Assembly (NCBI GenBank): GCA_016933335.1
Contig: JAFGBD010000021.1
Coordinates: forward strand, 7,665-71,664
Origin: Bacteroidales bacterium
GTDB lineage: Bacteria; Bacteroidota; Bacteroidia; Bacteroidales; UBA10428
Length of the DNA: 64,000 bases
Reading direction: 5' to 3'
Positions 55,445 through 64,000 of the stretch are shown here, one piece after another. Below the pieces are notes generated by a model. It was not told the DNA's origin. It searched no databases and saw only the letters and a program-made list of their open reading frames with translations. Made by a program: the position numbers and the translations under genes. Numbering within the stretch: position 1 is the first letter of the stretch; each line of letters begins with the position of its first letter.

Positions 55445-56734
55445 ATGAGAATCGGAATAATCATTGGACGTCTTGGAGGAGTTGATGGTGTTGCCCTGGA
55501 AACAGAAAAGTGGATCGAGGTTCTGAACCGGATGGGACATCATACTTACATCATTTCAGGACAATTCGAAGACAGAGCAATCAATCCTGAATATGAAACA
55601 CTTGTACCTGAGATGTCTTTTTTTTCACCTGAAAGTTACTGGGGCCAGAAAAAAGCATTTTTTTATCCTGATTCAAATGAAGATGAGCTTATTGATCACA
55701 TTGACCTCTATTCTAAAGTAATATACAAGAAAATCATTGAGTGGGCTCATAAAAACAATATTGACCTGCTGATCTCAGAAAATGCTTCAGCATTGCCTTC
55801 ACATCTTGAGATGGGACTGGCTATTAAAAAAGTAATTCAAAAACTGGGATTACCAACCATCACACACGATCATGATTTTGCATGGGAAAGAGGTGACAGA
55901 TACATCTCACCGTATCAAAAAATCAATGATTTAATCGAAAATACCTTCCCTCTCAGGTTACCAAATTCAATTCATGCAGTAATCAATTCACACGCCCGGC
56001 AAATTCTTAAGACAAAATATAACCGCGATTCTGTGATTGTTCCCAATGTTATGGATTTTGACAAACCTTTTGGTGTCCGGACTGGAAAGAACAGTTATCT
56101 GAACCAAAACCTCGGCTATGAATCTGACGATATACTGCTGTTTCAAATAACCAGAGTTGTAAGACGCAAAGGTATTGAAACAGCAATCAAACTTGTTCAT
56201 AAGCTCGAAAACAAAAAGGTAAAACTTGTCATTACAGGAAATTACAATGATGACGCAGGCAGCAAGTATTACATGGAATTGATTGAACTTATACATTTAC
56301 TTAAACTGGGAGAACAGGTTAATTTCGCTCACCATCTTTTTAATAATAAAGGACTTACTTCCCGGGAAAGTGATCTGAATTATTCCCTGTCCGATGCTTA
56401 TGCTCAGGCCCGTGCATGTACCTATTTCAGCACATACGAAGGTTTTGGCAATGCATTTGTCGAAGCTGTACTTGCAAAACGCCCTGTTTTTGTCAATAAT
56501 TACAAACCTGTCTTCTGGCCGGATATTGGAAGTAAAGGCTTCAAAACGGTAATGATTGAAGAGGGCAGATTAACTGACAAAGCTGTAGAGGAAATGAAAA
56601 CAATAATTTACAACGAAGACCTTAACCGCGAAATCGCTGAATATAATTATTACCTTGGTAAAAAGTTCTTTTCCTATGACACTTTAAAGGAGAAACTGCA
56701 AGAACTACTTGAAAAAGCCATTAAGGCTGCCTGA
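55445..56734 (+). CDS. GT4-family (GT-B fold) glycosyltransferase
   Basis: C-terminal half carries 'ITRVVRRKGIE', 'LVITGN' and the EX7E motif 'YEGFGNAFVEA'. The N-terminus 'GRLGGVDGVALE' is typical of retaining GT4 enzymes. Confidence 0.8.
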   Translation: MRIGIIIGRLGGVDGVALETEKWIEVLNRMGHHTYIISGQFEDRAINPEYETLVPEMSFFSPESYWGQKKAFFYPDSNEDELIDHIDLYSKVIYKKIIEWAHKNNIDLLISENASALPSHLEMGLAIKKVIQKLGLPTITHDHDFAWERGDRYISPYQKINDLIENTFPLRLPNSIHAVINSHARQILKTKYNRDSVIVPNVMDFDKPFGVRTGKNSYLNQNLGYESDDILLFQITRVVRRKGIETAIKLVHKLENKKVKLVITGNYNDDAGSKYYMELIELIHLLKLGEQVNFAHHLFNNKGLTSRESDLNYSLSDAYAQARACTYFSTYEGFGNAFVEAVLAKRPVFVNNYKPVFWPDIGSKGFKTVMIEEGRLTDKAVEEMKTIIYNEDLNREIAEYNYYLGKKFFSYDTLKEKLQELLEKAIKAA

Positions 56735-56765
56735 CAGCATTTTCTGCTGATATTGGCGTCTCTGC

Positions 56766-57341
56766 TTAGAATCGTCCTGATATAATATTCCAGTCCAACA
56801 CACTCCAGAAAGCCTGAATGTAATCCGGGCGTCTGTTTTGATAATCCAGATAATAAGCATGTTCCCATACATCACAGGTTAATAAAGGTGTCAGTCCTTT
56901 TCTGAGCGGATTGCCTGCATTGCTTTCCTGAAGAATATTCAGATTGCCATCCGGATTCTTAACCAGCCATGCCCATCCTGAACCGAACAATGTTCCGGCT
57001 GCTTTTGAAAATTCATCTCTGAATGCTGAAAATGATCCGAATTGCCTGTTAATGGCGTTAGCCAGTTTTCCGGAAGGTTCTTTTGCTCCTTCCGGGGAAA
57101 AACTGTTAAAATAAAAAGTGTGATTCCATACCTGGGCCCCATTATTAAAAATGCCCCCTTCTGCTTCTTTTGCAATCGTTTCGAGGTTGACATTTTCAAA
57201 TTTTGTCCCTGCAACCAGATTGTTCAGGTTATTAACATAAGCCTGATGATGTTTTCCATAATGATATTCCAGTGTTTTTTTACTGATATGGGGTTCAAGC
57301 GCATCAAGCGCATAAGGTAGTTTTGACAATGTATAAGTCAT
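56766..57341 (-). CDS. sodB: superoxide dismutase, Fe-type
   Basis: 'LPYALDALEPHIS' and '[15 protein letters not shown]'. 'NNGAQVWNHTFY' puts Gln in the Fe-type position, and there is no Gln in the later 'SNAGNPL' block. Confidence 0.93.
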   Translation of the reverse strand: MTYTLSKLPYALDALEPHISKKTLEYHYGKHHQAYVNNLNNLVAGTKFENVNLETIAKEAEGGIFNNGAQVWNHTFYFNSFSPEGAKEPSGKLANAINRQFGSFSAFRDEFSKAAGTLFGSGWAWLVKNPDGNLNILQESNAGNPLRKGLTPLLTCDVWEHAYYLDYQNRRPDYIQAFWSVLDWNIISGRF

Positions 57342-57804
57342 GATTTCATATATTATTATTCCGCAGGTTTAAGTTACTGATTTTTTAGGCCTGTACCAAT
57401 GAATATGTGTTAATTTTTCCTGTATCAGTAAAATATGAACAGGATATTGCTTCCTCCATATGGTTTCATATCACGGTATCTGTCACAATCATATGTCGCT
57501 GATAACAAAAACATGGTTTTTTAAAATATATTTTAACTTCTGAAATTTTCATCAGGAGGTGGATCAAAAGTCAATTTATTCTCCGGAGAATTGAATCCCG
57601 GCGAGCGGATTACTTGCAGTAAACTTTGTTTCGCTCCGGTTCCCCGTAGCCCTGCTGCGGAATCAGCGAGCAAAAAAACAAAGAAAATCCTTAACGTGAT
57701 CGGTGATTACCTTCGGCAAGCTGTTTTTCACTTTTGTTACCAGAAGCAAGCTTCGTGGAGCATCAATATCTGAAGGTGCTCCTGCAGGGTGATACGGATA
57801 AAAT

Positions 57805-57844
57805 CAACAAAAAAGAGGCTGCTCTTACCTTTTGAGACAGCCTC
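57805..57844 (-). terminator. Rho-independent terminator of the Mn-type SOD gene
   Basis: The minus strand reads GAGGCTGtCTC-aaaaggtaa-GAGCAGCCTC followed by TTTTTTGTTG. It sits about 30 nt after the stop at 57875. Confidence 0.7.
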
Positions 57845-57874
57845 AGTTTATATTGATCGTTTTCCATATTAAGA

Positions 57875-58486
57875 TTAAACCTCTCTGAACCTTCTGGCAA
57901 CTTCTTCCCAGTTGATGATATGCCAGAATGCTTCGATATATTCGGGCCGGCGATTCTGATACTTCAGATAATAGGCATGCTCCCATACATCCAGTCCTAA
58001 AATGGGTTTTCCTTTGATATCGGCAACATCCATCAATGGATTATCCTGGTTGGGGGTGGAAGTGATTTTTAATTCACCGTTATTTACCACAAGCCAGGCC
58101 CATCCTGAACCAAACCGTGTGGCAGCAGCATCCGAAAACAATTCTTTAAACTTATCAAAAGAACCAAAGTATTTGTTTATTGCATCTCCCAGGTCGCCAC
58201 CGGGCAACCCGCCTCCTTTGGGAGACATCACCTTCCAGAAAAGGTTATGATTGTAAAATCCTCCACCGTTATTCCTTACGGCAACGGGCAAAGAAGAAAC
58301 ACTGCCAAACAGTTCGGTAATCTCCCTGCCTTCATGTTCTGTTCCCTGGATTGCATTGTTCAGGTTGTTTGTATATCCGGCATGATGTTTTGTATGGTGA
58401 ATTTCCATTGTTCTGGCATCGATGTGCGGTTCGAGTGCATTGTAAGCATAATCAAGTTTTGGAAGTTCATATTTTGTCGCTATCAT
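57875..58486 (-). CDS. sodA: superoxide dismutase, Mn-type/cambialistic
   Basis: '[16 protein letters not shown]' and '[15 protein letters not shown]'. '[13 protein letters not shown]' (Gly at the Fe-type Gln position) plus 'TPNQDNPL' (Gln in the Mn-type position). I chose the start at Met 58486. Confidence 0.93.
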   Translation of the reverse strand: MIATKYELPKLDYAYNALEPHIDARTMEIHHTKHHAGYTNNLNNAIQGTEHEGREITELFGSVSSLPVAVRNNGGGFYNHNLFWKVMSPKGGGLPGGDLGDAINKYFGSFDKFKELFSDAAATRFGSGWAWLVVNNGELKITSTPNQDNPLMDVADIKGKPILGLDVWEHAYYLKYQNRRPEYIEAFWHIINWEEVARRFREV

Positions 58487-58647
58487 GGCAATTATATTAT
58501 TAAAGTTTAACATTATTTGGATTCAGTTTAAATAACAACAAATATCAATCATTGTTCAATTTGCTGAATGAAATCATCTGCATGGCAATAATTCATGGCG
58601 TTATTTCTGAATTAACTCTCATTTCCTTATCTTCGCAAAAAATCTTT

Positions 58648-60165
58648 ATGGCAGACCATATAAGAGTCAGATTTGCTCCAAGTCCAACAGGTCCATTACA
58701 TATAGGCGGTGTTCGTACCGCTTTGTTCAATTATCTTTTTGCAAAAAAAAATAACGGGATCTTTATACTCCGCATAGAGGATACCGACCGGAGTCGCTAT
58801 GTAAGGGGGGCGGAAGAATATATCATAGAATCCCTTGAATGGTGCGGGCTGACACCGGATGAGGGTGTGATGGCAGGAGGTAATTACGGGCCATATCGTC
58901 AAAGTGAACGAATTCATATTTACAAAAAATATGCTGAACAGCTGATAAAATCGGGAAATGCATATTATGCTTTCGATACTCCTGAAGAACTGGAAAGTAT
59001 CCGCAAGAAATTTGAAGCAGAAGGTAAAACTTTTTCCTACGATGCGATTTCCAGAATGGAATTCCGGAATTCATTAACCATACCCGTTAAAGAAGTCAGG
59101 CATCTGCTCGATGAGGAAGCTCCTTTTGTGGTGCGTTTTAAAATGCCAGAAAACGAAATGGTTGTTTTTACAGACTTAATCCGGGGCAATATAAATATCA
59201 ATACGTCAATACTTGATGACAAAGTACTTTTTAAATCCGACGGATTCCCTACCTATCACCTTGCAAATGTTGTTGATGATCACCTGATGGAAATCTCCCA
59301 CGTTATCCGTGGTGAAGAGTGGCTTCCATCAACTCCTTTGCATATTCTGCTTTACAGGAGCTTCGGATGGCAACATCCTGATTTTGCCCATATGCCTCTT
59401 ACGCTTAAGCCTGAAGGCAAGGGCAAGCTCAGCAAACGTGATGGAGACCGGCTTGGATTTCCTGTTTTTCCTTTACAATGGACCAATCCTGAAAATGGAG
59501 AAGTATCTTCCGGATACAGGGAAAGCGGCTATTTCCCGGAAGCGTTTCTCAATATTCTTGCCCTTCTTGGATGGAACCCGGGAACTGAACAGGAAATATT
59601 CTCTCTTAAAGAGCTTGTAGAAGCTTTCTCAATCGGAGGCATCAATAAGTCCGGCTCACGTTTTGATCCTGATAAGGCCAAATGGTTTAACCGCCAGTAT
59701 CTGATATCAAAACCAGACTCAGAAATAGCAGATCTTTTCATGATCGATCTGAAAAATAAAGGGATATCGGCTGAAAAAGGCAAAGTGTCAAGAATATGTG
59801 GACTGGTCAAGGAAAGAGTGAATTTTGTTAAAGAAATCTGGGATCAGGCTTATTTTTTCTTCAAACAACCGGAAACATATGACGAAAAAGCCATTCAAAA
59901 ATTCTGGAAAGAAGACACTTCAAAGCTCATGCTGAGTGTCAGGAAGGTTATTCAGTCTACAAGTCCTTTTAACCCAAAGTATATGGAAGAAAACATTAAA
60001 AGTTTTATTGGAGAAAACGGGCTGGATTTCGGCAGGGTAATGAATCCGTTGCGAATACTTATTGTCGGTACTGCCATGGGTCCGCACCTGTTTGATATCA
60101 TGGAAATCATCGGTATGGAAGATACACTTGAAAGGATTGACAAAGGATTAATGTCTATTACCTGA
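58648..60165 (+). CDS. gltX: glutamate--tRNA ligase
   Basis: 'RVRFAPSPTGPLHIGG' (HIGH motif) and 'KLSKR' (KMSKS motif). I chose the start at Met 58648 over the upstream ORF extension. Confidence 0.95.
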   Translation: MADHIRVRFAPSPTGPLHIGGVRTALFNYLFAKKNNGIFILRIEDTDRSRYVRGAEEYIIESLEWCGLTPDEGVMAGGNYGPYRQSERIHIYKKYAEQLIKSGNAYYAFDTPEELESIRKKFEAEGKTFSYDAISRMEFRNSLTIPVKEVRHLLDEEAPFVVRFKMPENEMVVFTDLIRGNININTSILDDKVLFKSDGFPTYHLANVVDDHLMEISHVIRGEEWLPSTPLHILLYRSFGWQHPDFAHMPLTLKPEGKGKLSKRDGDRLGFPVFPLQWTNPENGEVSSGYRESGYFPEAFLNILALLGWNPGTEQEIFSLKELVEAFSIGGINKSGSRFDPDKAKWFNRQYLISKPDSEIADLFMIDLKNKGISAEKGKVSRICGLVKERVNFVKEIWDQAYFFFKQPETYDEKAIQKFWKEDTSKLMLSVRKVIQSTSPFNPKYMEENIKSFIGENGLDFGRVMNPLRILIVGTAMGPHLFDIMEIIGMEDTLERIDKGLMSIT

Positions 60166-60266
60166 AAGAATGATTGTGTTATTAATATCATTTCAGTATG
60201 TTTTATTAGTCCATCTTATGATCTGCAGATTTCATCCTAAATTTATGTTTTATTGTTAAACCGGTC

Positions 60267-60929
60267 ATGAAGTTTATCGATATACATGTTCACAAACACT
60301 ATGAAGATAATAAGTCAGTTCTTTTAATTAATTTGTTTCCAACTGATGCAGATAAAATCAATCCGGCCCGTTTCTATTCCATTGGCCTGCACCCCTGGTA
60401 TGTTAACCAGGAGACACTGACCAAAGATCTTGGTACCATTGTGCAGGCATTGTCAAATTCAAATGTACTGGCCATAGGTGAAGCCGGTCTTGATAAAAAT
60501 ATTGAAGTACCATACATCGATCAATTAAAGGCATTCGAACAGCAACTGGATATTGCAGAAAAATATAAAAAACCTGTTATTATACATTGTGTAAAAGCCT
60601 ATGATGATATTCTGAGCATACGTAAAAAATCCAATCAATCGATCCCATGGATTATTCACTGGTTCAATGCAAGCGAACAGATTGCTGTTGAATTGGTTAA
60701 GAAAAACTGCTATCTCTCTTTTGGTAAAATGCTTTTTAAGGAAAACAGCAGGGCTTTCAGGGTATTTATGAATTTGAGCCTGAATAAGGTGTTTTTTGAA
60801 ACCGACGATACGGGTATTTCCATCTCACAGGTTTATAGTAAAGCTGCTCAGGTAAGAAATATATCTCTTTCTGCTTTGCAGAAACATATTAAAAATAACT
60901 TTAACAATTGCTTTGGAAATGTGCTATGA
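60267..60929 (+). CDS. TatD-family metal-dependent hydrolase
   Basis: 'FIDIHVH', 'IGEAGLD', 'PVIIHCV' and 'ETDD' metal-ligand blocks appear in the TatD order. Confidence 0.8.
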   Translation: MKFIDIHVHKHYEDNKSVLLINLFPTDADKINPARFYSIGLHPWYVNQETLTKDLGTIVQALSNSNVLAIGEAGLDKNIEVPYIDQLKAFEQQLDIAEKYKKPVIIHCVKAYDDILSIRKKSNQSIPWIIHWFNASEQIAVELVKKNCYLSFGKMLFKENSRAFRVFMNLSLNKVFFETDDTGISISQVYSKAAQVRNISLSALQKHIKNNFNNCFGNVL

Positions 60930-61651
60930 GCACCGGTAACTGGAAAGAAAGAACAGAATTGCTGGTGGGTGCAGAAGGAACAGCAAAGCTGCAAAACGCC
61001 CATGTACTTGTTGCCGGACTTGGAGGTGTGGGGGGATATGCAGTTGAGCAGCTTTGCAGGGCCGGAATTGGCAAACTTACGATTGTTGATTCCGATTTGG
61101 TTCAATCCAGTAACAGAAATCGCCAGATTATTGCCATGAAAAGCACCGTCCGTAAAAAAAAGACGGAAGCCTTCAGGCAAAGATTGCTTGACATCAATCC
61201 TGAAATTCAATTGATAGTGAAGTCTGATTATCTGTTAGATGACTCGATTGATGAACTTTTAACAGTGAACTATGATTACGTTGTCGACGCCATAGATACC
61301 CTGACACCTAAAATACAACTACTGGTCAAAGCTAAATTTAAGAACCTCCATATCATCAGTTCGATGGGTGCAGGGGGCAAATCTGACCCGTCCAGGGTTG
61401 AAATTTCGGATATATCAAAAACCCATCATTGTAAATTTGCATCAGCTGTCAGAAGCAACCTCAGAAAATATAATATTAACGAAGGTATCAGGGTTGTGTT
61501 TTCTTCTGAAATGGTCAGCAAATCAGCTGTCGCAGAAATAAAAAATGAAAAAAATAAAAGATCTGTGGTTGGTACAATATCTTATATGCCTCCCATATTC
61601 GGCTGTTTTTGCGCCTCAGTAGTGATCAGGGATATCCTGGGAATAAAATGA
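60926..61651 (+). CDS. tcdA: tRNA threonylcarbamoyladenosine dehydratase (ThiF/E1-like)
   Basis: 'VLVAGLGGVGGYAVEQLCRAGIGKLTIVDSD.V..SNRNRQ' nucleotide-binding block. The length is typical for TcdA/CsdL. The ATGA start overlaps the tatD stop. Confidence 0.85.
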   Translation: MSTGNWKERTELLVGAEGTAKLQNAHVLVAGLGGVGGYAVEQLCRAGIGKLTIVDSDLVQSSNRNRQIIAMKSTVRKKKTEAFRQRLLDINPEIQLIVKSDYLLDDSIDELLTVNYDYVVDAIDTLTPKIQLLVKAKFKNLHIISSMGAGGKSDPSRVEISDISKTHHCKFASAVRSNLRKYNINEGIRVVFSSEMVSKSAVAEIKNEKNKRSVVGTISYMPPIFGCFCASVVIRDILGIK

Positions 61652-61768
61652 ATTACCTCGCAGCAGAGCTACCAGGATTCGCTCGACGTACAAATTTCAA
61701 TTCGCCTAGCTCCTGTAATTTGAGTCTCACGAATAAACAATCGGCTCACTATCAAGAGCAAACAAGAA

Positions 61769-61797
61769 CCGTCCGGCAGAGGAGTCAAACCGGACGG
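61769..61797 (-). terminator. GC-rich hairpin between convergent genes
   Basis: CCGTCCGG-13 nt-CCGGACGG. On the minus strand it is followed by the T-rich TTCTTGTTTGCTCTT, about 45 nt after the stop at 61842. Confidence 0.5.
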
Positions 61798-61841
61798 CTG
61801 TTCAAACGTGTTTTCAATAACCTGTTTGCGGGTGGGAGGAA

Positions 61842-62795
61842 TTATTCGGCATCAGATACTTTCATCAATAATACCCTGAAGGGCTTGTCTTTTAATTCAT
61901 CGGGGTAATATACGGTCAAACCGTCTGCAAATTTGATTGGTATAGGTTCAATGGGAGCCTGAGTATCGTCTGTTGACTTCATTATTATATTGGTATGATT
62001 CATTGTATAACCTATTGTACCGTTAGTAGCAGTATAACCTAAACCGCAATAACTTGATGAAAAAAGCGAGGTTTTGTATATCGAAACATCCAGTACACGG
62101 GTATTACCAATGGTATAACCAAGCGGCATGAGGATAGATTTATAATTATTTGTCGCATCAGTAGTATCCTTGATTTCAACGATTGCCGAAACCAGCTTGC
62201 TGCCTGATCCTACCATCAGTGTCCCATTTACCTGAAGAGTTGCAGAAGGATCGTCTGTGCCGATACCAACGTTCCCTTTATTATAATAAAGCTTATTTTC
62301 GTTTTGACTCCACAAACTTGGAGCTTCGATGGTATTGCCGTCTGAAATTGAGATATTCTGCCCTTCAACAGACAGTGTCTGGCCTTCTGTTTCTACTGTT
62401 GTTGCATGTAATGCATAAGGTACCGACAACAATTGAGACGGCTCAAATGCTTCATATGATGTTCCGCCGGCCGGATCCATCTCAAGTTTCAGATAGAATT
62501 TATCATTCCCCCAACTGATACCGGAAAATGCACCGCTGACTGGAGTCCCTTCTCCGATATTCAGGTTAATCAGACCGTAAGCATCAGTACTGACATTGTG
62601 CGTCTCGCTGTATGCAATGCTGCCTGTAGGTGTTCCCTGTAATATGCTTATTTTAACAGAAACAGACTGATTTGCCAGTATATTACCGGAACCATCCCGC
62701 GCAACAGCCTGGTATTTGAAAGCCTGGGGACTTTGCGAAAAAGCAAAAAGGAGAAATGTAAACAGTGATGCAAGAGAGAGTATTATTTTTTTCAT
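61842..62795 (-). CDS. secreted protein of the Bacteroidetes 'tail-fiber-like' surface protein family (N-terminal module)
   Basis: Signal peptide (FAFS|Q). 'FKYQAVARDGSGNILANQSVSVKISILQG...ETH...GLINLNIGEG...ISWGNDKFYLKLEMDPAGG..Y...SQLLSVPYALHA' and 'GNVGIGTDDPSATLQVNG' match a recurrent family, as I remember it, that is often annotated as tail fiber domain-containing. Confidence 0.6.
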   Translation of the reverse strand: MKKIILSLASLFTFLLFAFSQSPQAFKYQAVARDGSGNILANQSVSVKISILQGTPTGSIAYSETHNVSTDAYGLINLNIGEGTPVSGAFSGISWGNDKFYLKLEMDPAGGTSYEAFEPSQLLSVPYALHATTVETEGQTLSVEGQNISISDGNTIEAPSLWSQNENKLYYNKGNVGIGTDDPSATLQVNGTLMVGSGSKLVSAIVEIKDTTDATNNYKSILMPLGYTIGNTRVLDVSIYKTSLFSSSYCGLGYTATNGTIGYTMNHTNIIMKSTDDTQAPIEPIPIKFADGLTVYYPDELKDKPFRVLLMKVSDAE

Positions 62796-62806
62796 TTTTG
62801 TGAATT

Positions 62807-63292
62807 TTAATATTTTACAATTTTTACCGAGCGTATGAGATGACCTTCTTCATCTGTAATTTGCAGGATGTATTCTGCAGAATGCAAGAAGGAGAGATCG
62901 ATGCTGTTTGATCCGTTGTCCAGCCGTTTAAACAATAAGCTTTTGCCATTCAGATCAAACAGATCCAGATTAAGGCGACTTTGCATGGAAGCACCTAATT
63001 GAACAGTGATAAGTTGAGATGCAGGGACCGGAAATATTTTCAGTTCGAAATCCGGTTTTGAATCATGAATCACAGTGACAACTCCCAATAAATATGGCTG
63101 AAAGCCGCTGGAAAGAATACATCCCGATCCATTATATGTTTCGGTCATGATTTCTCCCATGGTCCAGCTAAGGCTGACATCAAAGCCCTGATTGTAATTT
63201 CCCGATGTCGATATCACATCAGGTGAAAGCGTCTGTCCGTGCAATGAAGCACAGAAAAATACAAGACATAATAATGGTAATGGTTTTTTCAT
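62807..63292 (-). CDS. small secreted protein with a T9SS type A C-terminal sorting domain
   Basis: Signal peptide (SLHG|Q). An N-terminal ~50-aa 'SLSWTMGEIMTETY...ILSSGFQ' module, then the C-terminal 'LKIFPVPASQLITVQL...YILQITDEEGHLIRSVKIVKY' Por tail. Confidence 0.7.
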   Translation of the reverse strand: MKKPLPLLCLVFFCASLHGQTLSPDVISTSGNYNQGFDVSLSWTMGEIMTETYNGSGCILSSGFQPYLLGVVTVIHDSKPDFELKIFPVPASQLITVQLGASMQSRLNLDLFDLNGKSLLFKRLDNGSNSIDLSFLHSAEYILQITDEEGHLIRSVKIVKY

Positions 63293-63602
63293 GTCATGAG
63301 AAATTAATTTTAAGGGTAATTTACTAATTTACTGCATGAAAAATAATCTGAAAAAGAATCATTCTAAATTACAGGTTCTTTTTGATGAAAGACGTAATCT
63401 ATACAACAGACAACCAGATTATGTTGACGAAAATACAATCAGTGCAACCAATGTCTTTTTGTTAAGCATTAAATGAGGCTATATCGATTTTCGGGTTAAG
63501 GCGATTCTATCAAGAATGCTTTCATGTATAACCGGATTATTCCCGGTGATGGATTTACAGATAAAACATATTCGTGATGGAGCAAATTTCCGGAAAGGAA
63601 GA

Positions 63603-64000
63603 TCAATTCTTTAAAGCAATGATTGAATTTTCAGACGAATGGCTGAAATATAATTCCCAGAACTCAGGTATACATTTGTTTGCAAGTTTGCAATTGCAAT
63701 TGAACAAAACAGCTATTCCCACTTTTTCTTCTAAGTCTAATGCGATCTCAGCCCTGTAACCTCTGACATACCCTCCGTGATAAATGATTTTTTTACCACA
63801 GGTCTCAAAAATACGCCAGCCAAGTCCGTAATATAAATTGCCCAGATCTTTCCAGCTATGCCTGAACTTTCGTTTAACAGGTGTGGAAATCTGCGGGCTG
63901 AAAACCTCTTCCAGTGCATTATCCGGTATGAATTCAGGATAATTGCCAAGAAGTGCTATCAGCCATCTTGCCATATCAGAAATGCTGGCATTCACCCCTG
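63603..64000 (-). CDS. serine hydrolase / beta-lactamase-family protein, C-terminal part (5' end outside window)
   Basis: The frame is open to the window edge. 'SISDMARWLIALLG', 'YYGLGWRIF' and 'IYHGGYVRGYRAEI' are typical of the C-terminal half of class C/PBP4*-like serine hydrolases. Confidence 0.7.
   Translation of the reverse strand, partial: GVNASISDMARWLIALLGNYPEFIPDNALEEVFSPQISTPVKRKFRHSWKDLGNLYYGLGWRIFETCGKKIIYHGGYVRGYRAEIALDLEEKVGIAVLFNCNCKLANKCIPEFWELYFSHSSENSIIALKN

Noticed and set aside
57591-57773. 60-aa ORF in the SOD-SOD spacer
   Set aside because: It has a TTG start, no promoter box, and a Pro/Ser/Ala-rich product with no recognisable family. The region is better explained as structured non-coding RNA or a leader (see the finding).
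61609-61908. 99-aa ORF spanning the tcdA 3' end, the terminator hairpin and the antisense of the next gene
   Set aside because: It overlaps two real genes and a GC-rich hairpin, and its sequence is low in complexity. It is not credible as a gene.
1-64000. CRISPR arrays, rRNA genes, IS elements, transposases, integrases and prophage blocks
   Set aside because: Every ORF-free gap is under ~550 bp, and none shows regularly spaced direct repeats. No ORF has DDE, tyrosine- or serine-recombinase motifs that I can recognise. Nothing resembles 16S, 23S or 5S sequence.

Overview
AT-rich, densely coding chromosomal segment that reads like a Bacteroidota genome. Support for that assignment: T9SS C-terminal sorting domains, Reg_prop/Y_Y_Y and DUF4294-type families, TAnnTTTG -7 promoter boxes 30-50 nt upstream of several starts, and signal peptides with Gln at +1 (the Bacteroidetes Q-rule). 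I can support about 50 protein genes, one tRNA (anticodon CAT) and several hairpin terminators. I saw no rRNA, CRISPR array, transposase or integrase.

Content falls into four groups:
- Housekeeping genes: gcvP, rnr, gltX, gdhA, pcm, thpR, tcdA, ldhA, tatD, and Fe- and Mn-type SODs.
- A long cell-envelope neighbourhood at about 12-29 kb: LiaF-like/His-kinase/LytTR triad, M48 peptidase homolog, PagL-like beta-barrel, tripartite RND pump, MlaE/F/D-like transporter.
- Secreted CAZymes: GH43, a PL1 pectate lyase with a T9SS tail, and GH37 trehalase.
- A czc-type metal efflux operon.

Best candidate for an uncharacterised system (38.4-44.6 kb, minus strand): gdhA is followed by two translationally coupled PPDK_N (ATP-grasp) paralogs. 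Both appear to lack the canonical phosphohistidine swivel domain and share a 'GRWG...G[ST]HFF' module. The larger one adds a sensor-like 'ELSCLY...WQYP' N-terminus and a pol-beta nucleotidyltransferase C-terminus.

Other notable points:
- A CzcA-CzcC (inner-membrane pump / outer-membrane factor) single-ORF fusion that keeps an internal signal-peptide-like segment.
- A Tat-signal TldD coupled to a signal-less PmbA.
- An M48 homolog with HQxxH in place of HExxH.
- A DUF1987/SiaC-like gene interrupted by one in-frame TAA.
- A patatin remnant abutting the 3' end of a propeller/GAF sensor that has no output domain.

All family calls are by-eye motif recognition. No database search was possible.
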